A stretch of DNA of 64,000 nt from Octopus sinensis (GCF_006345805.1 NC_043014.1:19406001-19470000); one strand, 5' to 3'; positions 41,166 through 54,716 are shown, counted from the first letter of the stretch. Numbers and translations: made by a program. The notes: generated by a model from the sequence alone, not told the origin.

Positions 41166-41326
41166 TCCTTTTTTGTGCTCTCTATGTTTAGGCCCGCTGT
41201 GAGCAATAAAGAAAAAATACTTTTGGTGTGTTTGTAATTTTGAAATTTTTGGTATTGTTTCGATATTGAATATTTTTAGTATTGGTTCGGTATTGAACAT
41301 TTTAATTAGAGATGCATTAAAACAGC

Positions 41327-41357
<31 letters not shown>

Positions 41358-41546
41358 ATATATATATAATATATATATATATATAATATATAATATATAT
41401 AAAAAGCAATAAAGATTCAAGTTAATTTAATGAATTTACTTGAATATGGTACCTAACTTAGATGCACCAAAAAAACTATACTGTTTTAACAATACAGTAA
41501 TGTGGGGTGATTATAAGCGAGAAAGAAGCAACAAGAATGGATAGGT

Positions 41547-41637
41547 TTTTAGTACAATCGTTTCATACAAGGACAGGCTTTATTAAAAGTTGTAAAAATT
41601 ACAGCATATAAACGTGTCCCGTACTCATCAGCTAAAA
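41547..41637 (-). ncRNA. Hammerhead ribozyme (type I), mirror copy
   Basis: Exact reverse complement of 41660-41750. Confidence 0.8.
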
Positions 41638-41659
41638 TACATGTGAGAACTCACATGTA

Positions 41660-41750
41660 TTTTAGCTGATGAGTACGGGACACGTTTATATGCTGTAATT
41701 TTTACAACTTTTAATAAAGCCTGTCCTTGTATGAAACGATTGTACTAAAA
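41660..41750 (+). ncRNA. Hammerhead ribozyme (type I), canonical core
   Basis: ttttag-CTGATGA-gtacgggaca..tgtccttgtat-GAAA-c-gatt-g-TA-ctaaaa. 6-bp stem I, long stem II with G.U pairs and a bulge, GUA triplet. Confidence 0.8.
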
Positions 41751-41781
41751 ACCTATCCATTCTTGTTGCTTCTTTCTCGCT

Positions 41782-41831
<50 letters not shown>

Positions 41832-41838
41832 GTGTATG

Positions 41839-41869
<31 letters not shown>

Positions 41870-42783
41870 TAATGTATGTATGTATGTGTGTATGTATATA
41901 TGTATGTATGTGTGTATGTATGTATGTATATATGTATATATATATATATATATATTTGTATATGTATATATGTATATATATACAATATGTATATATATAT
42001 ATATACAAAAATGCTTATCCAAACATACATTCATTACATGCATACATATATATACCATGCAGTAGACTTGAACACGAGCGCCGTGCCGTCGTTCATTTCG
42101 TTGAAGTGATACTAAACAACTCCCACTTCCAAAATTATATTTCTTTTCGTTAAAAAAACAAAAAATCACCAAAAATTATGAATATTGAAAAATAATCACT
42201 AATTTGAATTAACGACATCTGTGAACCGGATGTAAGAGGAAAACTAATGAAGCACGACAGTCATTGACGTGCAGTACTCTGTTTAATGGATGACACTTCA
42301 ACTTGTTTCCATCTCCCAACTTTGGCTGACACTCTAGGAATTATTTGTGGTTCCGTTTTCGTGTGCTGAGGGTCTGTGATGTGTCTGCTGTGTTTGTTTT
42401 ATTGTTGTTTTTGTTGCTTTCTCTGCACCAGCTACACCGATCCAGCAACTATCTCCCTCCTCTACCGGAATCAATCTAAACTAGTGTCTCATCCACAAAC
42501 GATCCTGAAAATTTCTTTAAGTGACAACCCACAAGCGGGCCACTTCTTTTTCTTCTTCTTCTACTTCTTCTTCTTCTTCTTCTTATTATTATTATTATTA
42601 TTATTATTCATTTTCTTCTTCCTCTTCTTCTTCTTCTTCTTTTCTTCTTCTTCTTCTTCTTCTTCTTCTTCTTCTCTTCTTCTCCTCCTCTTCCTCCTTT
42701 TCTTCTTCTTCTTTTCCTTCTCCCCTTTCATAATTTTCTTAATTTTTCTTTTTCAATTAAAACTTTTCCTTAAGATTATTTGT

Positions 42784-42815
<32 letters not shown>

Positions 42816-43896
42816 TTATCTTGCATTCTTTTTTTCTTTCTTTATCTACTTGCTTTCTTCGACTGTCTCCGAAGTCAGGCTCGGTGTCATCTGTTTTCTT
42901 TCTTCTGAACTTTCAACCATCAGCTGCATACACTTAAATCTAACAAGTCAGACAGTATTTAATCAATAATTGCTAATTTATGGTGGTTAAATAAAGTATG
43001 AAAATTCATTTCCACAATTTCAATCGTATTTTATTCAAGCGAACACGATTTTATCTTTAGAGAGATAAGAAGAGACCTTAATGGAACTAATTGCTGAAAG
43101 ATATTTTGCAAAAAATTGACACTCATATTGTATGTCTTCCAATGAATGTTCATAAATGACATAGTGGTTATGAAATCACTTAGGAATCAGCCGATACTTG
43201 GATTGATTCAGCTACGCGCTAACTCATTTCTGCTCTGCTTTGGATCCAGTCAAATCTTGCAACTGAAATTAGGAAGAGAACACTTTCCTTGAGACCAGCT
43301 CAGTTGTCTGCTCTTGAAATATCAAAGGTATTATTATATACCCCATCACGCTGAATTGACCTGACGATCATGTTAAGAATACTACCGACTATAGAATATT
43401 GAGGAATTTGTGCTATGGGGTTGCTTTTGCTTAGCAGCGTGTTTGGCTTCATTTAGGAGAATACGTTCAGATTAATTTCAGTGGAGATCATCTGTTTTCC
43501 AGTCATTGTATATCTAGAGCTATAATATTCACTGTCTTGTCCCCTCCTACTCCACCCCAAAAAGGCTGACAATTATTACATGCAGATCGAGCATATAGAA
43601 ACTTCGATGTCTGAGTACTTTTCATATTTTAGCGTCTATGTAGTTTCACTGGTTACATAAATGAAATGTTCATCGCAAACCAACAGAGTATGCATTCATT
43701 TCTTCGCTTATAAGGATTACATTCATATTTCAAAATAAAAATCAAACTAAATGACATTTCATGTCACTCATTTATAGTTATAACTATACTATACCTGGTG
43801 AGATCAATAAAATAAGTACCAGTTGAGCACTGGGTTAGATGTAATTGATTTGCTCATTCTCCTGAAATTGTTGGACATGTGGCAACATTGGAACAA

Positions 43897-43960
<64 letters not shown>

Positions 43961-43977
43961 TATAAATATATACATGT

Positions 43978-44300
43978 GAAGGCGCGTAGCTTAGTGGTTA
44001 AGGCTTTCGGCTCACGATTGTAATCTGGTGAGTTCATCTCCTGGCGATGGATTGTGACCTGGAGCAAGGTACTATATTTCACGCTGCCCCAGTCCACTCA
44101 GGTAGCAAAAATGTGTAGTGCCTGTGTTTCAAAAGGACCAGCCTTGTCGCATTCTGTGTCACGTTGAACTTGCCAGAGAACTACGTTAAGAATACGCGCG
44201 TCTGTGGAGTTCTCAGCCACTTGCTCGTTAATTTCATGAGCAATCTCTCCGTTGATTGGATCAAATAGAAACTTAGTCGTTGTGACCGACAGGAGTGCAG
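43978..44300 (+). mobile_element. tRNA-derived SINE (related partial copy at about 2770-2920)
   Basis: ggcgcgtagcttagtggttaagg A-box head. Body gaccagccttgtcgcattctgtgtcacgttgaa is shared with 2884-2916. Confidence 0.7.
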
Positions 44301-44408
44301 TTTTATATATACAGATATAGATAGAGAAATAGATAGATACAATATATATAATTATATATATATATATATATATATAAAAGTATATATATATATATATATA
44401 TATATAAG

Positions 44409-44452
<44 letters not shown>

Positions 44453-44521
44453 AAAGTATATATATACATATAGATATATAATATATATATACATATATAT
44501 AATATATATATACATATATAC

Positions 44522-44852
<331 letters not shown>

Positions 44853-45218
44853 ATGCTTCAACACACGAACTCATATACAGAATCTTGCAAACCAAATCCC
44901 AAAACGAAATATATCTACATACATATATACATATATATATACGCACGTGCATACATGTATATGCACATACAACCACATTCACATAAACTCATATATATAC
45001 ATATTCTTGTATTCTTTTATTTCTTTCAGTCATTTGACTGCAGACATGCTGGAGCACCACCTTAAAAGGTTCCAGTTGAACAAATTAATCCCGGGAATTA
45101 TTCTGTGTAACCCTAGTGCTTATTCTATCAGTGTTATCATGTATTATCATTTGCCACCCGCTAAGTTTCGGGGACATAAACACAGACACCAACAGACACA
45201 CACACACGCATATATGTA

Positions 45219-45281
<63 letters not shown>

Positions 45282-45491
45282 GTTTAAGTAGTTGAATGAA
45301 TTATCCTAGTATGGATAATTCGGTTAACCGATACCCGGGTGGTAGCAAATTTACGTCAGAAAGCACGGTTGAAGCTACAAGCCAAGGCAGAAATCACGTG
45401 CTTTCTTTGTGTGTGGAAATTTGTGTGTGTTTTTTTACTATAGATAAATGAAAGAATGGAGTCGAACGGCGATTTAACAAAATTCCTTTAT

Positions 45492-45572
45492 TCTCGACAT
45501 ATGTTTCGAAGACTGCATATTCCTAATTCCGAAGGAATAAAGGGTGCATTATGCCGTCTTCTCATCAGGAAA
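45492..45572 (-). ncRNA. Hammerhead ribozyme (type I), fully canonical
   Basis: tttc-CTGATGA-gaagac-g-gcata..tatgc-a-gtcttc-GAAA-catatg-TC-gaga. Palindromic ACATATGT stem III, GUC triplet, stem I extendable by ttcctt/aaggaa. Confidence 0.85.
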
Positions 45573-46303
45573 GACAAGGAAGTTATGTCAGCATCATGAC
45601 GAACAAAAACTTTTAGATGACTGCCCACACGGAGTCCATAGTGATAATGAGTGTTTCTTTAAAATATTCCGTTATAAGCAGTGACGTCAAAATTGGTTGG
45701 ATGGATAAGATTCTAAAAAGTTCAAGAGTCCAAAAATGGTTGGAAGGGGAAAGATCTAAGAATAGGGGGGTGACAGAGCGCAAGTCGTATGTATGTTGAT
45801 GCGTTGTTGTTTGCTTCTGCCAATGAGATTGAGTGCCTATGTGTGTGTATGTATATAACTGCATTCGTGTGTATGTGTATGTATGTGTGTGCGTAATTGT
45901 TTGTGTGGGGGGATAAATGCTAAATACATCTAATGGTGAAGTGACAGGTTTGTGTCTGTGTGTTTTATTGTGCTTATGATAGAGAGAGGGAGAGAGAGAG
46001 GGGGAGAGGTAGAGAGACAAAGGTAGAACATACCCCCAACGAATTTAGTAGTAGGCCTTCAAGTAACGGAGTATAAAAAAAAATTGTCTATGGTGTTGTA
46101 GATGTAGAACCAAATTATTAAATTCAAGGAGGTTATCTATATTAATCATCATTCATATGAGTGGAAGGTGTGTTTCTGCCAGTGCATGCATCTATAGGAT
46201 TTTTCTGCCATTGTGTTTACTAAAGGGAATTTGACGAAAAGTATATAGAAAAGCTCGGAATTACAGACGGCACAATATTTTCTGCCCTTATCAAAAGGAA
46301 AGG

Positions 46304-46339
<36 letters not shown>

Positions 46340-46340
<1 letters not shown>

Positions 46341-46495
46341 GACTTCTTTCTGTTTTCGTCAAGCAAATCCACTCACAAGGCATTGGGCAGCCCGAGGTTA
46401 TTGTAGAAGACAGTTTCTGAAGATGCCACGCAGTTGGACTGAACTCAGAACCATGTGATTGGGAAGCAACATTCTAACCACACAGCTATGCCTAG
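46340..46495 (-). mobile_element. SINE family B head, decayed
   Basis: aaatccactcacaagg..gccacgcag..gaaccatgtg..accacacagc. Confidence 0.7.
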
Positions 46496-46511
46496 ACAGA
46501 CAGACAGACAG

Positions 46512-46611
46512 NNNNNNNNNNNNNNNNNNNNNNNNNNNNNNNNNNNNNNNNNNNNNNNNNNNNNNNNNNNNNNNNNNNNNNNNNNNNNNNNNNNNNNNNN
46601 NNNNNNNNNNN
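46512..46611. other. Assembly gap (100 N)
   Basis: Run of exactly 100 N; the true gap size is unknown. Confidence 0.99.
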
Positions 46612-46724
46612 AGAGTTTTATATTTCTGGCATTCTTTGCTCTCGGGAATTACAAATATTGATTTCTTACAATAATTACGATTACAATATGTCCAGACAAC
46701 ACTAAAGCGAATATTTGCAACATT

Positions 46725-46940
46725 TATATTGGTTTCAAATTCGGGCACAAGGCCAGCAATTTCGTGGGAGAGGTAAGTCGAGTATATGGTCCTCAGTGTT
46801 CAAATTATACTTATTTTATCGACCTCGAAAGGGTAAAAAGCAAAGTCGACGTCGGATGAATTTGAACTCAGAACGTAAGGACGGACGAAATGCTGCTAAG
46901 CGTATTACCCGGTCTGCTAACAATTCTGCCAACTCGCCGC
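46725..46940 (-). mobile_element. SINE family A
   Basis: tttatcgacctcgaaagg..gcaaagtcgac..tttgaactcagaacgtaag..gccaactcgccgc. Confidence 0.75.
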
Positions 46941-48118
46941 TTTTTTTTTTTTTTTGCAACATTTACATGGACACATTTTAATATTTTTTTTACTAATAAA
47001 GAAACGCGAACAATCGATAATGCTTATAATTCATTTAACATGCATTAATTACTTTATCTGGGGCATTCACTAATTGCTCAACGAACAATTTATAATTATT
47101 TAGCTTACAATAAAAGTCGGTAATAACGTGACATACGAAATTATTTACTTTTGTTTTCTTTCGTTTATCCCTCCATATTCCTACAACTACCATTTGTATT
47201 TTGTTTTACTGTTGATTTTGTTATTACAATATATACAAATTGACAAATCACAACAAATTTCCACAGAACGTCTTATTCACACCAATCCAGATGTCTTTCA
47301 CAACACACGTAGTATTATTTTCTTACTTCTAAACATGTTTGTACTTGTTTTATACTTGGGTTCCTTTTGTCGTTTGCTTTTGTTACTTCAGTAACTCAGA
47401 ATCCATTAGAAAGACAGAGAAAGAGAAAACATTAAAATACTAACCAAACAGGGTTGAATAACTATAATGGATTTCCGTACGAAGGAAGCACTAAACGTAA
47501 GATTCAATATATTTTGTTTCTTAGCAAGCAACCGGAAACCAGCTTCACATTCAAAGGTAACTTCCGGTGACAATTGAACTGTCAATAAGAAATATGTATT
47601 TTGCCTCCATTCAGAGAGACTTTCTATTAAATAAACACACATACATATTTGTATACTTACACACACTTATATACACATATATTTTTTCCCTTCGCCTCCC
47701 TCACACACAAATATGTACTACTTTTTCATGCTAAGTACATATAAGCACATATATGTAGATATATGAGCGTATGTGTACATGTGTACGCGTGGGTGCATTT
47801 GTGTGCCTTTGTATTTGTGTGCATATGTGTGTACATACACGTACTTATAAACACTAATATACACAAACCTACACAGCTCTAGCTGACTATTAAAGTCTTC
47901 ATGTAAATATCAGTATCTGATAAATATTGACGTGTATTGTATAAAGGAGTGAAGATCACGAAAAAAATATGTGTGGGTAACTATTTAGGAGTATCTAGGT
48001 GTATCTTATGTATTGGCCTGATAGCACGTTTCTTTATATACTAGAATGTCAACTTAGGTACTCTTAGAGATTTCATGTACATATATCTATAAATACATGC
48101 ATATATATATATATGTAA

Positions 48119-48152
<34 letters not shown>

Positions 48153-48461
48153 ATATGTATATGTACACACATATATATATATGTAAATATATATATAATA
48201 TATATATATGTATGTATGTATATACAATTTTGTATATATACAAAAAGTCACCCGACAGTAAATCAAAATTCCATAAATGTTTAATATTCAATTTCATTTA
48301 TCCATTCCAACAGAATGCCGTGAGTTAAAATCACTATCTTTTACCTACATTTTCTATTTATTGGCGAAGTGTCATATAAAAAACAAGATTTTGATTCACC
48401 GTGTATGTATATATACACACACTCACATACACGCACCACACACACACACACATGTACACAC

Positions 48462-48542
<81 letters not shown>

Positions 48543-48817
48543 GATATAGACATACTGTAATACAATTTAAAATAAGTAACTTGATGTATGTTTAATGTCA
48601 TGTTATACATAAAATCAGTATAACATGAAGCTGAAGGATTATTCAATACTTTTAGTAAAGTGTTTATTAAAATTTTAGTTGTAAAACGTCGACTGTGACT
48701 GCGACGCTTCGGTCTCCGCACCTTATATATATATATATATATATATAAACAATTGCAGCGTGGAAGGTGTTTATAAACCACAAAAACCGTTAGATTCACT
48801 TCAACATTTAAATTTAA

Positions 48818-48868
48818 TTTGTCGAAATATTTTCGTCGCTTTCAGACCGCGACCTGTTCACTGACAAA
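48818..48868 (-). ncRNA. Hammerhead-like motif with G3:C8 core pair, inside an inverted repeat (48748-48932)
   Basis: tttgtca-GTGAACA-g-gtcgc-ggtctgaaa-gcgac-GAA-AATATT-T-cgacaaa. Stem II gtcgc/gcgac, palindromic AATATT stem III, stem I tttgtc/gacaaa. Confidence 0.6.
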
Positions 48869-49055
48869 GTGAATCTAGCGGTTTTTGTGTGTTTCTTAAA
48901 TGGCTTAAAAACACCTTGACGCTGCAATTGTTATCGTTCCAGCACACGATCTCAGACCAAGTCACTTGCTATGCAAGTACATCTCCGTAATATATATATT
49001 CTTTTTTTCTTTCTTTTCTTTTTTAAGTTTCAGCTCAGAGCTGCGGCCATGCTGA

Positions 49056-49089
<34 letters not shown>

Positions 49090-49233
49090 CATCTTCGTTT
49101 TAGGATCACCACTACTTTATTATCTCTCCTTCTCGCTAGATCTCCTGTGGGACCATAATGTCCGGCATTCGCCATGATAGATCGCTAGCCAGTACACATT
49201 CTTTATTTTCTCTCCTTGTCTCTTTCTGTGTTC

Positions 49234-49269
49234 CTTTTTGTGGAAGAGTGTAGGCTCGAAACGTTAAAG
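49234..49269 (+). ncRNA. Second copy of the A6U hammerhead-like motif (more decayed)
   Basis: cttt-TTGTGGA-a-gagt-gtag-gctc-GAAA-cg-TT-aaag. Confidence 0.5.
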
Positions 49270-49453
49270 ACTTTTTCACTTCCCGAGTGTTATACTAAAA
49301 CATCTGTTTCTTTTTCTTTTGAAGTCTCATTATATATATATACATATATACAATTATACATATAAATATATATAATTATGTATATTTGTATAGAGACATT
49401 CGGTACCTGGCTGAATATCATATCCCTCATCTTACTAAACACACACACACACA

Positions 49454-49567
<114 letters not shown>

Positions 49568-49585
49568 CACGCACATACATACATT

Positions 49586-50050
49586 CATGGTCTGATCAAT
49601 AAGCATCCGGACTGTTGCTATAATAGCGGAGCCAAAGCAAATCACAAGGAGTAAAGCCACTCGGCTCAGATGTGCGATGTTTTTCTCAGTTCCACTGGCT
49701 GCGGCTTACCCACGACGTTCGTCACTATCGACCATCTTGGAAGCGTCTAAACCACTCAGTCACTTGTGTGTGACTCATACACTCCACTCCAAATACTTTC
49801 TGCAATTTTGCGTAGGCCTGTTGAGCAGGTATCGTCATGATAATATTTTCTGTCATAGTCAATGCGACGATTACACGTTACATACCTTACTTCCAAATAC
49901 TGCTGTAAACAGGGAAAGTAAGCTAGCACGTCAAAACTTAGAGCACATGCACAGCAGTGGTTACGGTCAGTCTGTGCTAAGCGGTTTCACTCTGGATGCT
50001 TTAGCTTCGTTACTATGTCAACAGTTCGGATACTTATTGATCAGACCTCG
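49586..50050. mobile_element. Non-autonomous mariner-type element
   Basis: TIRs ggtctgatcaataagcatccggactgttg / caacagttcggatacttattgatcagacc, followed by TA. Confidence 0.8.
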
Positions 50051-50081
<31 letters not shown>

Positions 50082-51089
50082 TCACACACATATATGTACG
50101 TATGTGTATTTAACCAATCATGTATGTATTCATGTAAGTATGTATATGTGTGTATGTGTATATCTGTGTGTGTGTGGGGGGGTGCTTGCGTGTGTATATT
50201 TCTGTTTGTGTATGTGGGTGTATATCTTAGTTATTGCTTATGGTGTTGACGTGATGACCGTAAAAGTTTGAGTTCGATTCCCAAACTAGGTGATGCTTTG
50301 TATACCTGAGGAAAACAAATCGTTTCCTGGTTCTCCGGTTCATTCAGACGACAAAAATGCGGAATTCTGCGACAGAATGGTCTCCTCTCCATTGGGGGTA
50401 AATATAGTCTACAGATATCATTTTATTCACTCTAAGACATATTTAAATGATTTATTGTAAGTGGCTGGCGATAGCATCCTTTTAAACATGTGATCTTCAA
50501 GAATATACGTACGTACATACATACATCATGTATAGAAATCATACACACACGCATATGTCTTTATAAGTATATATAATATATATATATTTAATATATCTGT
50601 ATATGCATTTATACATATGTATACGTGCAAGTGCATTAACACATACAGCACACGCGCGCACGCCTATTTATTTGTATCAGTTCTAAAATGCAACGTGACT
50701 TCTTCTTCTATTAATACATACATGTAATCAGATATTTCAAATTTTCTTTGATATTTAATATTCACGTCTTTTTTTTTCAGTGAAATATATGAAATATATA
50801 ACCTCTTTAGCTCACAACATCCATTGTTACTGCACAGTGTACTACTACTACCACCATTACGAGTTACGTACGTAAGTATTCATACATACACAGGCACGTG
50901 ACGGCGCGCGCACACACACATGCATACAAATGTAAACATACAATGTGCGGTGAATAATCTGTTGTCTAAATTACGCAAAAATGAAAATAATACTGACATT
51001 TCATTTTAACACATATATTTACCAAAATAACATTAAAATATCTTGAAATACTATAGAGTAAATTTATTCAATAAAATTGCCCTTCGACC

Positions 51090-51520
51090 ACAGTCACTAT
51101 ACGACTTCGGAATCTCCTGCAAATTTTCTGGACGGTGTCCTTGTTTAAGCTGGTGAATGCTGCCATCAACCTTGCCTTCAGTTCATCTTTGGTCTCTCGT
51201 GCAACTGCACCCCACACCTAATAATCAAGGTGGGGTCGCAGTTTGGGGAGTTAGTTGGCCAGATGTTAGAGTTGATGTGGTCGCAAAAATTGTCAAATAG
51301 TTGTGACTATGTTTTCCTGCTTGTGTGGCACGGTGTAGAGTCCTGTTGCCACACATAGGACCTTCCAGCAGCCACCCCCTTGACCCAGGGCAGCACTTTC
51401 TCCTCTAGGCACTTGATGTAGGTCTTTTTGTTGAGTGTAAGGCCGTGTAGAGGAAATAAATGGTGGCATCACGTCGCAATCACTAGTGGTCACTCTACAA
51501 ACCATGATGCTGACTAGATA
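51090..51520 (-). pseudogene. Tc1/mariner transposase fragment, same family as 29583-29822
   Basis: SDCDVMPPFI.. and NFCDHINSNIWPTNSP on the minus strand. Confidence 0.75.
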
Positions 51521-52684
51521 TTTGATATTTTGTCACTCTCAGTATATGTCCTCAGATTGCACTGTCCTCAGATTGACACCAAAGCCAAACACTCTGAATC
51601 GTTAGTATTGGTGCTTCCGGCGCAAATTCCAAGCAGTACAACATCTCGTTTCCAAATTTCTGGCAAAGAGGATTGACTCATGGTGCGTGCAATTTATCTC
51701 ACAGACGGTGCCCAACTAACCATACTATACTGTGTAGTCGACAAATTAAATACAAACAATACACATGCGCGAAATTAAAAATTACAATGATGACATTTTG
51801 TGGTGTAAAAGTTGTGTAGTCAGGTGTGTAGCAAGTACAACATCCATTAGATTTGGCAATAGGTTCGCAGTTCTCAACTCATCGAGGCTTTGCAAATATA
51901 CAAGATAGCAGTGAGATGCTGATGAAGGAACAAATGAAACAACTGAATCAGACTCACCAATATTTACGAAACCTACAGTGAGACAACAATCAGTCAATCA
52001 CGAGGGTGCGTTGTAAACTGAGGTGGTCAATTACTGAAGAGTTAAAAAGTATATCTATACTAAAGATTTCATTGAACTTAAAGACATCAGCCATAAAATT
52101 TGGAACTTTCACAACAGGTTTATATACTAGTAGCTAGCAGGTGCCAAGCATAATATTTGATCTTATCTCGTCCTTAGTGAAGATCGCTGCCGACGTTGTT
52201 CTAAAAGAGCTATTTAGTGCTTTATAATGTTTAGTATATCAAATGTTTGACATGGTTTACTTAATTCCTCTTGATGAGAGTGTTCCGATCAATTATTGCA
52301 GTACTAATAGAATATTATCTTTAATTAAGTGAGATCCAATAATTACTTTTCTTGAAAAATAACTTAGGGCAAAAACAGTGAGACTGACGTTGATCTCTAC
52401 GAAATTTCAGAGAAGAGGGGAGGAAAAAGGAGGAAAGGTGAAAAGAAAGGGAAAGAAAATTAATATAGAGAGATTACCATAATTAAATTGCCAGTAAGCA
52501 TAACCTATAAAAACTTAAATAGAAAGAGAATAGGATGAATCTAATATAGAAAGTGTGCAACACAGTTGAGAAGAAGATGCCCTTGGCATAGACAAACAAA
52601 TAAATGTGTATATTAGATTAATGTCAGTAGTTTAGGCAATAGATACTGACGACATGAAAGATGATATATATCAGTTAAATACTG

Positions 52685-52895
52685 GCTACAAATTTTGGCA
52701 CAAGGCCAACAACTTCGGGAGCGGAGCCAAGTTGATCGCATCGAACCCCAGGGTTCAACTGGTACGTTTAATCGACCCCAAAAAGGATAAAAGACAAAGT
52801 CGACCTTGGTGGATTTTTAATATAAAATGTGAAGACGGACGAAATGCTGCTAATCATTTTACCCGGTTTGCCATCGTCTACACCAGATCGTCACC
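52685..52895 (-). mobile_element. SINE family A, decayed
   Basis: atcgaccccaaaaaggataaaagacaaagtcgacctt..gacggacgaaatgctgctaa. Confidence 0.7.
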
Positions 52896-53219
52896 ATATC
52901 TCAATACAGAAATTTAGAGAGGTCAGTTATGTATTTGTTAAGAATTTGACAGCTGACAGAGAAGCGGAAACAGAACCAATATTTCCAATACAAACCAAAG
53001 AAAACATGAATCTCAACGTTTCTATTACTGGTAAGTTTCAACCATATGGGTTAAGCAGTAAGATCATATTACTACTATAGTAATTAAAAATTATGCGGAG
53101 AGCGGGGTTGTTTAATCTTAACTACAAATATCAATGACTGTAATTTTACGTGATCTATATTGATGTGATTTAACTTAATAACTTTTTTCAGTCTACTTCT
53201 AGCTTTAAGTGATATCTCT

Positions 53220-53436
53220 CTTTTACTCGTTTACTTGTTTCAGTCATTTGACTGCGGCCATGCTTGAGCACCGCCTTTAATCGAGCAACTCAACCCCGGG
53301 ACTTATTCTTTGTAAGCCCAGTACTTATTCTATCGGTACTTATTTACCGAACCGCTAAGTTACGGGGACGTAAACACACCAGCATCGGTTTCTAGCAATG
53401 CTAGAGTGACAAACACAGACACACACACACACACAT

Positions 53437-53484
<48 letters not shown>

Positions 53485-53530
53485 CATATATATATATATA
53501 CTATATATAATACATATATATATATATATT

Positions 53531-53604
<74 letters not shown>

Positions 53605-53773
53605 CATATATATGACGGGCTTCTTTCAGCTTCCGTCTACCAAATCCACCCACAAGGCTTTGTGTGGGGCCCTAGGCTATAGTAGAAGACACTTGCCGAA
53701 GGTGCCACGCAGTGGGACTGAACCTGGAACCATGTGGTTGGTAAACAAGCTACTTACCACACAGCCACTCCTG
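53220..53773 (-). mobile_element. SINE family B, near full length, with internal (TA)n/(TG)n
   Basis: Head caggagtggctgtgtggtaagtagcttg..gttcagtcccac (53612-53773), microsatellite 53420-53610, tail ..gcatggccgcagtcaaatgactgaaacaagtaaa. Confidence 0.85.
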
Positions 53774-54716
53774 TTCATAATATTTGCATCTTCATATCTA
53801 GTTCCGGACTTTAAAAATCCTAGATAATTCTTTATAATCCTACACGTTCTTTTAACATTAATAACCTTAATAATATTTTGATAATCTTTATAAGCTTTTA
53901 TCACTTTTCCTTATTACTCACCAAAATTTTTAATTATTATGGTAGTGTTTTGTTTTAGCTGTCCACTGAACCAGTATGATTTTAACTGATTTACTTCATT
54001 CTAACTAATATTGTCACAATGTCTGTTGGTTGACGTATAAGGATTATAATCATCTCATTTTTTTAAAACATGAAACTTGGCTATGTTTTTACTTTTTTAT
54101 TATTATCTTTTCACCCCGTAACTTCCTTGTAGATAAATAACTGATATCAGTAAATTTCGATATCTAACTCAGCATAAATTTGTAAATTCATAAATTGATA
54201 TCTCTAAGTTGACACTGATTATAATTTATACAACTTTCCTTAGTCTAGGACGCAAAATTATTTGCTTATGCCAATACTCTCTTGCTGTCAACGTGTTGAT
54301 CACTTTCTCTGCATTTGATTTATTTTATTCTGTTTTTATCATTTCTTTCCTTTTTCTCTGTATCCTACTTTGTTTCTTCCCTCTCTGAATTTTCACAGGG
54401 ATTTTCTAATCTGCGGTTTTCCTTGAGTTACATTCCCTGGTTAAAATTGGCAAGATTTCCAGTGGTTATATCTAATATGCTATCAGTTCCTTTAAGAATT
54501 AATCGGAGCATTTTTATGAAGAGTTATTAAGTGAAGGAATAGGTAACGCTGGAATTTATTAGCCATGCCACACCTTAATGTAGTTAAATTTAAAACTATT
54601 TAGCACTGAAAATATTTTTCTTTTTAGCAGTGTCACCAGCTGGTCTGTGAACATGTGTCGATAGTGTTGAATGTCTTGTTTGGCGCCTGCTGCCTACCGG
54701 TATACAACATGTGTGT

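Larger units (their letters stand above)
41512..41785. repeat. Perfect 274-bp palindrome (136-bp arms, 2-nt loop)
   Basis: The arms match base for base around atgtgag-aa-ctcacat. The right end abuts (TA)n. Confidence 0.95.

Noticed and set aside
48695-48724. Minus-strand ggt-gcggag-acc-GAAG-cg-TC-gcag half motif
   Set aside because: Truncated by (TA)n, with no 5' core.
51919-51945. CTGATGA-aggaacaaat-GAAAcaactg motif
   Set aside because: The intervening sequence cannot form stem II, and no NUH or stem I follows.
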